Positions 22,301-30,993 are shown, counted from the stretch's first letter. The stretch: DNA of 64,000 nt from Candidatus Cloacimonadales bacterium (GCA_963662275.1 OY759316.1:2432001-2496000); one strand, 5' to 3'. Notes: generated by a model not told the origin, from the letters alone. Numbers and translations: made by a program.

Positions 22301-24180
22301 TTGGGAATTTGGATGTTAATATTTATGCCCTAACGATTAATAACACAGCAATATTCAATTCCAGCAATTATGTGTTTGGGGCAGGTAGTTTTGCTTTATC
22401 CAATGGAGCTATACTGCAGACTTCCAATGTTGATGGTATTAACATGCCACCGGCAAACACCGGTAGTGTACGAACAACATCACGTTCTTTTGACATAGGG
22501 GCGAATTATACTTATAGTGGAAGTTCCACTCAGTACAGTGGAAATGGTTATCCGGATCTATGTACTGGAACATTACAAGTTAGTAAATCGAATAGTGCTT
22601 CGTTCTATCTGAGTACATCACGCACAATTGGCACAAACGGTAAAATCAATTTAGCTTTAGGTACATTCGCTGCAAGTACTTCATTAACTATGGGTACAGG
22701 ATCATCCATAATAAGGAATGCAGGTTATTTGAGCGGTACAATCCAAGGTAATAATGCATATTCAGTGACTTATATAGGAAACAGTAAAGCAACTGGAAAT
22801 GAGCTTTCGGGTAGCGGACTTGGAAACATTACGATTGATTTGAATAGTGGAAATACAATAACACTAAATCGCAACTTAATTGTAGATGATTTGGAAGTGC
22901 TTAGTTTTTTGCAGGGATCCCTGGCTTTATCGAATTTCAACCTTACAATGAATGGAAGCTACAGTGGAGCGAATCAGTTCATCTATAACGGAACAGGATC
23001 ATTGAATGGGAATAACGTAGGTTCCAATGCTTGCATTAGACTGACAGTTGTATCACCTTCTTCATTACCCGTTAATGTAAATATTCTTGAAGTCAATCCT
23101 GGCGAAGGGAATACTATCACTCTTCCGGGAGATGTTTCAACAGCTACACTGCTGATTACCGATGGAAGTTTAGGATTAAATAGTCATATTTTAACACTTG
23201 CAGGGAAAGATTTTGCGTTACAAGGCTCCAATAGCATTTCTGCTCTCGATGTTAATATGACCTCAACATCGCATACATATAATGGATATCCAAGCTTAGC
23301 ACATACCTGGCAGACCAGTGGAATTTTTAGCGGAGCATTAAGCATCATCTTTTCATATCCTTCATCATTATCTACATCTTCGGTAATGACAGTCTTGAAT
23401 AGAGATCATGTAGTTGTAGAAAGCAACTGGAACAATGTCGTTACTTTAAGTTCAGTCTTATATGAATCTAATTATTCAATCACATTACATAATATAACTA
23501 CCTTGAATGGAGCAAAAAAAGGTGACCTGGATTGGACACTTATAGAACCTGATCAGGATTTACCAGTCGAATTGACTTCCTTTCAAGCACACATAACTCA
23601 GGATCTCTTTGTGAAACTGCAATGGATGACACAATCCGAAACAAATCTGACAGGCTATAACGTATTTCGTTCATTGAACGAAGACGTAAATTCAGCGATG
23701 CAGGTGAATTCATATCTTATACCTGCAACAAACACTTCTGTAACTCATACATATGATTTTCAGGATACGAATGTTACCAGTGATAATACGTATTACTATT
23801 GGTTACAGCATATTGATCATGCTGGGATAGTTGGTTATTTCGGACCGGTATCAATTACGGTAAATAGCAATGAAATTGAAAATCCATCTCCTATTATTCC
23901 TTTGACTACAGGTCTTAATGCGCTGTATCCAAATCCATTTACCGGAAACACAATCATTCGATATTATCTGAGCAAAGACATTTCGACTACAATCGATATT
24001 TATAATACGAAAGGTCAGTTGGTTCGTTCTTTCCCAAATACAGCCAAGACAGCAGGTAACCAATCACTGGCGTGGGATGGATTTGATAATAACGGAAGGA
24101 CTTGCAGTTCAGGTATCTATCTCGTCAGAATGTTAGCTGGTAAAGATCATTCCTATCTCAAGGCTACTCTTATTAAGTAA
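19369..24180 (+). CDS. Tandem paralog of the upstream large repetitive secreted protein, with an extra N-terminal domain
   Basis: Same TDYFRSN and repeat architecture; EPDQDLPVELTSF; YPNPF tail. ATG 19369 has a GGAG RBS and a signal peptide (ORF track starts at GTG 19342). Confidence 0.85.
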   Translation: MSNKLITILFLFLGITALCFAQSVTLSSPDQIAAGNATQGNVKQVIFHFHLNRDNVGIINLTGVNFTTGGNYQASDLTRFQLWFSGADNISSAVQISSDITTNMGPGSHTFSSFSTLLAASYTRYLFVTADIALNATTSKYVNVSGWSTSNFIVSSGAKSGTAPAGGAQTITPFTTLATDYFRSNSTIGNWSSPGFWQSSHDNITWATATLSPSSTANTITVLSGHSVNFDTSISIDQTVINAGGQVMISNGTTLTIADGSGTDLTVNGTLRNNEGIIITSGILAFGSGGLYQCNFASIVGVIPTATWNTNSTCEIIGYTNFSGIQTGLSQNFGNFKWNCPDQTANITANSTLLTVKGNLEIAAGQFQLTATGTPSLALGGGLNISGGTLDMSSGTGNAVINLKGNFTMSGGVLTETGSGAANNINFSGTTAQVISITGLSTISNTINFAVNSSAIAEFETESTVLNGSIGTFTVNSGSTLIIRHENGIASTGNNSGCIQITGTRTFSSTATYSFKGYANQATGNGLPTTISNLIVNHDGGGVTLSGACTVTTALSLYTALSIDANTLTLNGTVPVRTGGIIGGNSSNLVIGGTASLTIPEINSGLQNLTINGNGAITLGNSVTIYNIFTLASSGNGYLSVGNYTLTINGTAVFNALSYVSGAGSFVLASGATLQTPNTSGITLSGTTGSVRTTTRIFNTDSNYSYNGTSAQLTGNGLPDTVHDLTTTNLYGVTISTSCIVNGTFTPSGDLFIGNNSVITVMGAAVFNTLYYVSDASSSASTFILSSGATLQTAHAAGITSSGATGSVRTTVRSFNSNANYTYNGTVAQVTGSGLPASVLNLTVSNAAGVTLSGSCAVNGVFTPSTGYLNVGNYLLNINGTARFNATNYVIGAGSFILANHATLETANVNGITTSGGGSVQTNTRIFNTNANYVFNGTTAQVTGNGLPGTVRDLTASNIAALTLSGSCNVNGTFTQSVGNLDVNIYALTINNTAIFNSSNYVFGAGSFALSNGAILQTSNVDGINMPPANTGSVRTTSRSFDIGANYTYSGSSTQYSGNGYPDLCTGTLQVSKSNSASFYLSTSRTIGTNGKINLALGTFAASTSLTMGTGSSIIRNAGYLSGTIQGNNAYSVTYIGNSKATGNELSGSGLGNITIDLNSGNTITLNRNLIVDDLEVLSFLQGSLALSNFNLTMNGSYSGANQFIYNGTGSLNGNNVGSNACIRLTVVSPSSLPVNVNILEVNPGEGNTITLPGDVSTATLLITDGSLGLNSHILTLAGKDFALQGSNSISALDVNMTSTSHTYNGYPSLAHTWQTSGIFSGALSIIFSYPSSLSTSSVMTVLNRDHVVVESNWNNVVTLSSVLYESNYSITLHNITTLNGAKKGDLDWTLIEPDQDLPVELTSFQAHITQDLFVKLQWMTQSETNLTGYNVFRSLNEDVNSAMQVNSYLIPATNTSVTHTYDFQDTNVTSDNTYYYWLQHIDHAGIVGYFGPVSITVNSNEIENPSPIIPLTTGLNALYPNPFTGNTIIRYYLSKDISTTIDIYNTKGQLVRSFPNTAKTAGNQSLAWDGFDNNGRTCSSGIYLVRMLAGKDHSYLKATLIK

Positions 24181-24336
24181 TGCAATTCAGATGTTGGATT
24201 TTCATGAAAGCTTACCAAAAATTAGCAAATTACCGATACTGTTCATTGAGTTGTCATCCCCGATATGATCGGGGATCCACACTATATGAAATTGTATCGA
24301 AAACCCGTTTTCTGGGAACAAAAAACCCATTATAAA

Positions 24337-26197
24337 GAGACTGTTCATGAAGTTATTCATAATATTCAATAAGTTAGAAAGTAGCAAGTTGAAAAAAGTG
24401 GTCGAAACGGTCATAATTTAACATACCTTCCAGAATTGACAGATAAGCTCTGCTAAGGACACCAAATCACAAGTTAAGCTTTTTGACTAAAATTGAAAAA
24501 CACGCGATTATAAGTAATGTTTCGAAGCCGTTTCTGACTAAATGTGTAGTTAAAATCATATAAAATAGTTCTTTACAAGTTTTTTGCTATAGCTTCAATG
24601 GCATTTGTTACCTGGTAACAAAAGGGAGGATATTATGACAAAAAAACACTCCAATTCAAGAAGCGGTAAGTGTTAGTCATGAAAGTAACCAATACCATGT
24701 AAGTATTAACGTACCATTTTCATTCACTTTGCCTGAGACAACATCAAACCACAAGTTCTTAATAGCGTTTCTACGCTTATTAGTAGGAATAGGCGGAGAC
24801 AACCTCCTTACACTTCAGCAAATAGCTGATCTGTTTAACTACGCAGACCGCAGGAATGTACATAATTTCTGGCAAGAGTTTGAGCAGCATGGTCATGATA
24901 TCCTGGCATATTTAAGCCGGAAAGTTGACCTGCTGGAGTGTATTCCTCAGATCGAGAATTTTGTTATCAATAACCTGCTTTTACCTTTAAATGTCATGTA
25001 TCAGGAGTTCATCAGCCATCATGATTTTAAAATGTCCTATACCACTTTCTGCAAATATGCTTCTCAGGTCAATTCTCTGTCTGTAGTTAAGCAAGCTCAG
25101 AAGCTTCTTCTGAAAAAGACAGTAGGCGGTGATGCTGTACATCTGCTGAAACTGCTTGCCGGTCAGCAGAATACACCTGTTATCTGTGACAGACTCCTGG
25201 AACAAATGAAGACTGCTAAAGGCAATACATCCCATAGAACCGCCGATGCAAAGCCGTTCCATAGTCTGGAACGCAAGAACCTGTGTCTGCTGGTACATTA
25301 CCTGGTTGGAAGCGGTATGAACTTCGAGACGATAGCTTTGCTGCTCAACACCTGTAAAGCTACAGTCTCAAATCTCTGGCATGAAATCGCTGACCTGCAG
25401 AGCCTGATTCTGAACTCAATCGGTAAGTGGAGCGGAAAGATCAGCATTGATGAGAAATATGTGAAGATCAAAGGTATTCCGTACTATGTCATCAGTATTG
25501 TTGATTTTGTGACTCACATCCCTCTGTTTTGTGAGTTGTATCCTGACACAAAGAAAGAATCATTCGAAGCATGTTTCAGAACCTTCAGACAGCTCTACAG
25601 GAAAGATCCAACCCTGATTGTCAGTGATGGCAGTAAATCGTTAGCAGTTGCAAGAAAAACAGTGTTTCCAAAAGTCCATTACCAACTCTGTAAGTTCCAT
25701 AAGATACGAAATCTCTTCAAAAGAATCAGTCAATGTCATCTCCCTGAAGACAGGGACAAGTTCTTTAAGAAGAGGATTATGAAAGCTTTCCGAAGAGAAA
25801 CGGCGGGCGGAAGGAAAAAGGGTATCGCAAGCCTGACAGCTATTACTCCCCCAACCGCCGCCGAATACATCAAAAGCAATATCATTAGTGATTGGAGACA
25901 CCTCAGCAAAGGTTTGACTTCCAATGTCTCTGAACGCTGGAACCGCAAAATCAAGAAGGTGACATCCGGTAGATTTGGACTAAAATCTGAAGAAACCACC
26001 CGCAACCTTGTGTTTTCGCTTTGGTTCAAAGAACTGGTCGATAAAGGTCAACCAATCATGCGTCAGGAATCACTTTTAGCAAGTTTAAGTATCTCCCGCA
26101 TATGTCAAGAAAATGTGGATTGGTCGCACTTAGACCACTTTTTCTCTGTCACTACCAATAAGGCTGCGTAAAATGGAGGTTAATTTTGAACAGTCTC
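24337..26197 (+). mobile_element. Insertion sequence copy 2 (1861 bp)
   Basis: IR GAGACTGTTCA; 8-bp target duplication ATTATAAA (24329-24336 and 26198-26205); one visible difference from copy 1 (26089 vs 4979, Ser/Asn). Confidence 0.95.
24729..26171 (+). CDS. DDE transposase (true start possibly ATG 24635 via +1 shift)
   Basis: Identical to copy 1 except N/S near the C-terminus. Confidence 0.9.
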   Translation: MPETTSNHKFLIAFLRLLVGIGGDNLLTLQQIADLFNYADRRNVHNFWQEFEQHGHDILAYLSRKVDLLECIPQIENFVINNLLLPLNVMYQEFISHHDFKMSYTTFCKYASQVNSLSVVKQAQKLLLKKTVGGDAVHLLKLLAGQQNTPVICDRLLEQMKTAKGNTSHRTADAKPFHSLERKNLCLLVHYLVGSGMNFETIALLLNTCKATVSNLWHEIADLQSLILNSIGKWSGKISIDEKYVKIKGIPYYVISIVDFVTHIPLFCELYPDTKKESFEACFRTFRQLYRKDPTLIVSDGSKSLAVARKTVFPKVHYQLCKFHKIRNLFKRISQCHLPEDRDKFFKKRIMKAFRRETAGGRKKGIASLTAITPPTAAEYIKSNIISDWRHLSKGLTSNVSERWNRKIKKVTSGRFGLKSEETTRNLVFSLWFKELVDKGQPIMRQESLLASLSISRICQENVDWSHLDHFFSVTTNKAA

Positions 26198-26231
26198 ATT
26201 ATAAATATATATCTTTTCAGCAACAAACATC

Positions 26232-26260
26232 TTGACACCACATTACATCTTTGCTAAATC
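26232..26260 (+). promoter_or_regulatory. sigma70-type promoter of the 26289 gene
   Basis: TTGACA (26232-26237), 17-nt spacer, TG-n-TAAATC (26255-26260); AGGAGG RBS follows. Confidence 0.6.
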
Positions 26261-26288
26261 CTGTATTATATCAAATTAGGAGGATAAT

Positions 26289-29033
26289 ATGAAAAGGTAT
26301 ATCTTTGTAATTCTATCTTTAATAGTATTGAGTAATCTTCTTTCAAATGACAATCACATGAATGTACCCGTTGGACAGGCAATTTACCCAAATTTCATTT
26401 CCAATCATAATCGCGATAACGAACGCCTAGCTCCTGTTTGGACATTCAATAATCTACCGACCAGTATTCTGATGTCTTATAATGATTATATGATTGGTGG
26501 GTATAACAATTTACCTATGCAATTGATACCTGATGCAATGGGAGGAGGATATTTCCTGACTTTTCATGCAAAAAGAACAGCTACTGGGACGAGAAGAGTG
26601 ATTTATTCGTATATTGAACAAAACGGTACCGTACATAATACAAATGACTTAACTACTGATACATATGCTCAAGGATACTCAGCAATGGATATTGATCCTA
26701 TATCAGGAAAACCAATTTATGCCTGGCATTCCCCTGTGGATACAGATACTAGTCAGGAAGTTATGGTTTCTTGGGATAGATTACTTGAGGGTGTTCCAGG
26801 TTCCTTAACTACCCCTGCTTTAATTATTGATAATCCAATCACTATTACTTCACCAAGTGGAATCACTACGACTAACAATGAGTTCAATTGGCCAATTGTC
26901 AAGATCGGACCATCACCTTCTGTTGGAATGCAGCGAGTATATGTTCTTACCCGCAATTATTCAATATATAATTTCACTTCTGAGAATCCATTAATCGCCT
27001 GGGCTGATTTTACTTCTACCATGTTAGAAACAGGATCTCCCTTAGTCTGGAATCAAGTCCATATACCTGTATTAGATGATTGGCATGTTGTCACTGATTG
27101 GAAACAACCTTCTTATGGTTTTACTGTTGGTAATGATGGCAGGATTTATCTGGCAGGTCACCATAAATCCCAAACTCCTGAAGCGGACATGGATGTGTTT
27201 GTCTGTGAAAATTATGGAGAAGGCACATGGCAGCATTACAGTGCTTTCAGTAATTTTCCCAGTTGGAATCCTCCCACTCAAAATGGAGCTGGTCCTGGTT
27301 TTTTTATGAATCCAGTCAATGTTCCCTTTACCGATTCTCAAATGCGATGGAAAATACAAAATGCTCGTAATGTAAACGCCGTCATAGATGATAATGGATT
27401 GATCCATGTTACTGCTATGTGGATGTTGAGCAATTCTAATAATGTCGATTATCCAAGCTTTAATACTATCAAAGAATTCGTTTTTGATACCAATACCCAC
27501 CAGTTCGACATCAGGGAAGTCTATCCAATTGCCGGTACGTCATCCGACAGTTTAAGATGGCAACCTTGGGATGCTGATGGAAATGGAATCGTTGATCAAT
27601 ATGACCAGGCAACCGGTAATCCGCTTATGCGTGATGATTGGAATTTTTGCTATTGGGATGATAATGTTTCTTATATGAGAGATGATTATAATTTTTACAA
27701 AATAACAGAACCCAATGCGCAAGGCTGGATGGCAAGTTTATGGCAGAATTCGTATAAAGCAAGAAGATGCAATTATTATGGCGATTCTCAATATGCAGCT
27801 TATACAACGGTGCCTGAAATTTATATTTCCGTTTCTCCAGATAACGGTCTGAATTGGTCTGAACCGATTATCATCAACTCCGTGGAAACAGCACAATTTA
27901 GCGGGAACAGACCTATGTGGGCTTATCCTTCAGATAAAATAAAATATGAGGGGATAATTAATGGGCACCCGGTTGGAAAACTGGGCTTGATGTATTATCA
28001 TGACTTCACTTGGGGATCTTATAATGGTAGTTCAACAGGACCTGAAGATGGTGGAATTGTGAAGTTTATGACGATTAATATCGAATTCCCGATGCAGGGA
28101 ATTTCTGGTATATCAGGTATTGTCAAGCGCATAGATAATCAGTTGCCAATAGCAAATGCCACGATCACTTCAGGACTATATACGGCAATATCAAATGAAC
28201 AGGGAACTTATGTTATGAACATGCCTGCCGGAAGTTATACTGTAACTGCTTCCGCAGAGGGTTATGTGCCCATGATCGTAAATAATGTTGTAGTTACAAA
28301 TAATCAATCGACCACACTAGATTTTAGCCTGAATGAGATTACGAATCCAGCCACGGAAGTTGTTGCTTCTATCCAAACTGGTAATAGTGCGGTACTTATC
28401 CAATGGGATTCTCCAGTCAGTGGAAGTAATCTGAGCTTTGATTTGGAGAAAAAATTAAAAGACAGCCAGATGATACCCAAATCAAGTGTTGTTAATCTCA
28501 GGGACCGTAACCTGACTGGTTTCAAGATTTGGCTTCTGATAAATGGACAGGAGAATAACGATGAAGCCTGGATATTGATTGGAACTGTACCTGCAACTGA
28601 TAATTCGATAATAGATACAAGCTGGGAAAATCTCGCTGCGAACACCTACCGTTATGCAGTGAAAGCAGTTTATTCAGGGAGTATTCTATCCTCACCCAGT
28701 TTTTCCAATACTGTAATAAAGCCTGTCGTTAATTCAGATCCGAGCAATAGCCCAAGTATTACCAGGATTATATCAGCTTCCCCCAATCCATTTGTCTCAA
28801 CAGTCAGTATAAGCTATGAATTAAAGTCGAATAGCCCAGCTAGACTTGATATTTTCAATATCAATGGACAGCATATAAAGACATTGAATACTGCTCTATC
28901 TCAAAAAGGAATTAACCATATTGTATGGGATGGTACTAATGATAGAGGAGATAAAGTCGGAAGTGGTCTGTATCTCTATAGATTAGATGCTGAGGGTCAA
29001 ATCTTTACAAAGAAAATGATGTTTTTGAAGTAG
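26289..29033 (+). CDS. Secreted protein: large N-terminal domain, carboxypeptidase-regulatory-like domain, FnIII-like domain, FlgD-Ig/Por-type tail
   Basis: Signal-like N-terminus; GISGIV...PIANATI...G.Y...GSYTVTASAEGY; YRYAVKAVY; SPNPF...WDGTNDRG..VGSGLYLY. Confidence 0.8.
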   Translation: MKRYIFVILSLIVLSNLLSNDNHMNVPVGQAIYPNFISNHNRDNERLAPVWTFNNLPTSILMSYNDYMIGGYNNLPMQLIPDAMGGGYFLTFHAKRTATGTRRVIYSYIEQNGTVHNTNDLTTDTYAQGYSAMDIDPISGKPIYAWHSPVDTDTSQEVMVSWDRLLEGVPGSLTTPALIIDNPITITSPSGITTTNNEFNWPIVKIGPSPSVGMQRVYVLTRNYSIYNFTSENPLIAWADFTSTMLETGSPLVWNQVHIPVLDDWHVVTDWKQPSYGFTVGNDGRIYLAGHHKSQTPEADMDVFVCENYGEGTWQHYSAFSNFPSWNPPTQNGAGPGFFMNPVNVPFTDSQMRWKIQNARNVNAVIDDNGLIHVTAMWMLSNSNNVDYPSFNTIKEFVFDTNTHQFDIREVYPIAGTSSDSLRWQPWDADGNGIVDQYDQATGNPLMRDDWNFCYWDDNVSYMRDDYNFYKITEPNAQGWMASLWQNSYKARRCNYYGDSQYAAYTTVPEIYISVSPDNGLNWSEPIIINSVETAQFSGNRPMWAYPSDKIKYEGIINGHPVGKLGLMYYHDFTWGSYNGSSTGPEDGGIVKFMTINIEFPMQGISGISGIVKRIDNQLPIANATITSGLYTAISNEQGTYVMNMPAGSYTVTASAEGYVPMIVNNVVVTNNQSTTLDFSLNEITNPATEVVASIQTGNSAVLIQWDSPVSGSNLSFDLEKKLKDSQMIPKSSVVNLRDRNLTGFKIWLLINGQENNDEAWILIGTVPATDNSIIDTSWENLAANTYRYAVKAVYSGSILSSPSFSNTVIKPVVNSDPSNSPSITRIISASPNPFVSTVSISYELKSNSPARLDIFNINGQHIKTLNTALSQKGINHIVWDGTNDRGDKVGSGLYLYRLDAEGQIFTKKMMFLK

Positions 29034-29051
29034 TCAAAAAGCAATTCATAA

Positions 29052-29095
29052 AAAGAACGGCTACCGTACAGGCAGCCGTTCTTTATTTTTTTTTG
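29052..29095 (+). terminator. Intrinsic terminator
   Basis: AAAGAACGGCT...AGCCGTTCTTT hairpin followed by a long T-run. Confidence 0.85.
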
Positions 29096-29182
29096 TTTTT
29101 CGTTTTACAGGTCTTTATTTTTGCCCTTGACAGTCCAGCAGGTATTTGATTTATAGAAATACTTTACGATGGATTGAGGTAT

Positions 29183-29332
29183 ATGAAACAAAATTTAGCT
29201 ACATTTATTCGATTTCACAGTCTTGAAGACCGGTTTTACCAGGTTTTCAGAAAGTATAATCCTGTAGCAAAAAGAGGGTACATACTGGTAGAAGTTTCCG
29301 CTTTTACCTCAACATTGACACCGCTCCACTAA
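29183..29332 (+). CDS. Putative 49-aa leader peptide (uORF) upstream of speD
   Basis: GAGGT RBS then ATG 29183; MKQNLATFIRFHSLEDRFYQVFRKYNPVAKRGYILVEVSAFTSTLTPLH*; lies between TTGACA (29127) and speD. Confidence 0.5.
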   Translation: MKQNLATFIRFHSLEDRFYQVFRKYNPVAKRGYILVEVSAFTSTLTPLH

Positions 29333-29413
29333 TCAATTTCACTTTTACGTCTGTTAATTTGTGTATCATTCCCCAGGCTTATTGCCTAAATTTAACACAC
29401 CTAAGTTATTGAT

Positions 29414-29848
29414 ATGGAGACAAGAAAAATGCAAGCTCTTGGAAGACAAATTCTGGTCGAATATTACGAATGCAATCCTGATGCACTCAAAAATGTTCAA
29501 CTCATCGAAAAAGCCATGGTCGATGCCTGTATTATGGCACAAGCAACTGTTGTAACCCAAACATTTCACGAATTCAGTCCCTTTGGTGTCAGTGGTGTTG
29601 TTGTTATTGCAGAATCTCATGTCGCCATTCACACCTGGCCTGAACACAACTATGCTGCGGTTGATATCTTCACATGTGGTGAAACTATCCAGCCTTGGAT
29701 ATTATATGAACACCTCAAGAAAATCCTTGAAAGCAAGCATTCCAGTAACATGGAACTAAAGCGTGGATTATTTGATCTGGGTGATCAGAAATTATTGCAC
29801 AAGCCGGAAGAAAAGACCGAAGTACTACTTCAAGCAACTGGTAATTAA
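29414..29848 (+). CDS. speD: S-adenosylmethionine decarboxylase proenzyme
   Basis: [24 protein letters not shown] self-cleavage motif; DIFTCG; adjacent to speE. Start may be ATG 29429 (GGAG upstream). Confidence 0.92.
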   Translation: METRKMQALGRQILVEYYECNPDALKNVQLIEKAMVDACIMAQATVVTQTFHEFSPFGVSGVVVIAESHVAIHTWPEHNYAAVDIFTCGETIQPWILYEHLKKILESKHSSNMELKRGLFDLGDQKLLHKPEEKTEVLLQATGN

Positions 29849-30694
29849 ATGAATCTCTGGTTTACTGAAAAGCATACAGAATCAAGAGGTCTATCTTTTC
29901 GTATTGATAAGACTCTCTATCATGAAAAAAGTCCCTACCAAACCATGGATATTGTGGAAACACCTGATTTTGGAAAAGTCATGCTTCTTGATGATGTTGT
30001 TATGGTTACTGATGTTGATGAATTTGTTTATCACGAGATGATATCCCATGTATCTCTCTATTCCCATCCAAACCCGAGAAGAGTTCTGATCATTGGCGGT
30101 GGTGATGGTGGAACGCTACGTGAAGTGACCAAGCACCCGGAAGTAGAAACAGCCACTTTGGTAGAAATCGATGATATGGTCATTCGCGGTGCAAAGCAGT
30201 TCTTTCCTCAACTCGCAATTGGTTTTAATTCACCGAAAGCAGAAGTGATTGTAGATGATGGGATCAAGTATATTGCTGATTGCAAAGAAAAGTATGATAT
30301 CATATTAATCGATTCCACTGACCCGGTCGGTCCGGCAACAGGTTTATTTCGTAAGGATTTCTACCAGAGTTGTTTTGATTTACTGAATGATGATGGAATC
30401 CTCACAGTACAATCTGAAAGCCCCTATATCCCCCATCTTGTTCCAATTATCAGGGATATGAATATCAATTTGTCTTCGATATTTCCCAATGTTCATATGT
30501 ACCTGGCAGCGATTCAAACCTACCAGGCTGGATTATGGTCATTCCAGTTAGCGAGTAAGAAATATCATCCAATTCATGATTTTCAGGATGCCTTGTATAA
30601 ACAACACCAGCTTAATCTGCAGTATTATACGGATGGAATCCATAAAGCCTGTTTTACATTACCAAGATTTGTAGAGAAGATAATTACCCTGTAG
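29849..30694 (+). CDS. speE: Spermidine synthase (polyamine aminopropyltransferase)
   Basis: DEFVYHEMI, VLIIGGGDGG, VEID, DIILIDSTDP and QSESP motifs. Confidence 0.95.
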   Translation: MNLWFTEKHTESRGLSFRIDKTLYHEKSPYQTMDIVETPDFGKVMLLDDVVMVTDVDEFVYHEMISHVSLYSHPNPRRVLIIGGGDGGTLREVTKHPEVETATLVEIDDMVIRGAKQFFPQLAIGFNSPKAEVIVDDGIKYIADCKEKYDIILIDSTDPVGPATGLFRKDFYQSCFDLLNDDGILTVQSESPYIPHLVPIIRDMNINLSSIFPNVHMYLAAIQTYQAGLWSFQLASKKYHPIHDFQDALYKQHQLNLQYYTDGIHKACFTLPRFVEKIITL

Positions 30695-30865
30695 GGGTCT
30701 GCGTCAGCAGACCCATCTGATTTGTAGGTGTCCTCGTCAGCAGACCCATCTGATTTGTAGGGGTCCGCGTCAGCAGACCCGTCTGATATGTAGGGGTTTG
30801 CGGTAGTACGCCCTTCCTGTATGCATTTTCACTCCATTCAAGGGTTTACTTCCGCAAACCCCTAC
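30691..30865. repeat. GTAG-type REP/BIME-like cluster: three 33-bp tandem units plus an inverted pair
   Basis: GTAGGGGTCTGCGTCAGCAGACCCATCTGATTT-type units at 30691, 30724 and 30757; variant at 30790 inverted against 30840-30865. Confidence 0.8.
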
Positions 30866-30993
30866 GATTTCTCTGAACCTGTTACCTGTACGCTGTTAGC
30901 TGTCACCTTCTGCAAGTTCTGCTCTGCTAATTTTTAACTTTTAATTGTTAATTTTTAATTCTCATATTTTCCACTGAAAATATGAGTTGGGTT

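Noticed and set aside
14558..24180. Diversity-generating retroelement acting on the repetitive adhesin-like genes
   Set aside because: No reverse transcriptase and no template/variable repeat pair differing only at adenines was seen.
24253..24276. GTCATCCCCGAT-ATG-ATCGGGGAT hairpin (also C/G-rich hairpins near 52340-52400)
   Set aside because: Single occurrences in this window; may be terminators or REP relics, but there is not enough evidence to classify them.
4871..26197. Composite transposon formed by the two IS copies
   Set aside because: Each copy has its own distinct 8-bp duplication and the outer flanks do not match.
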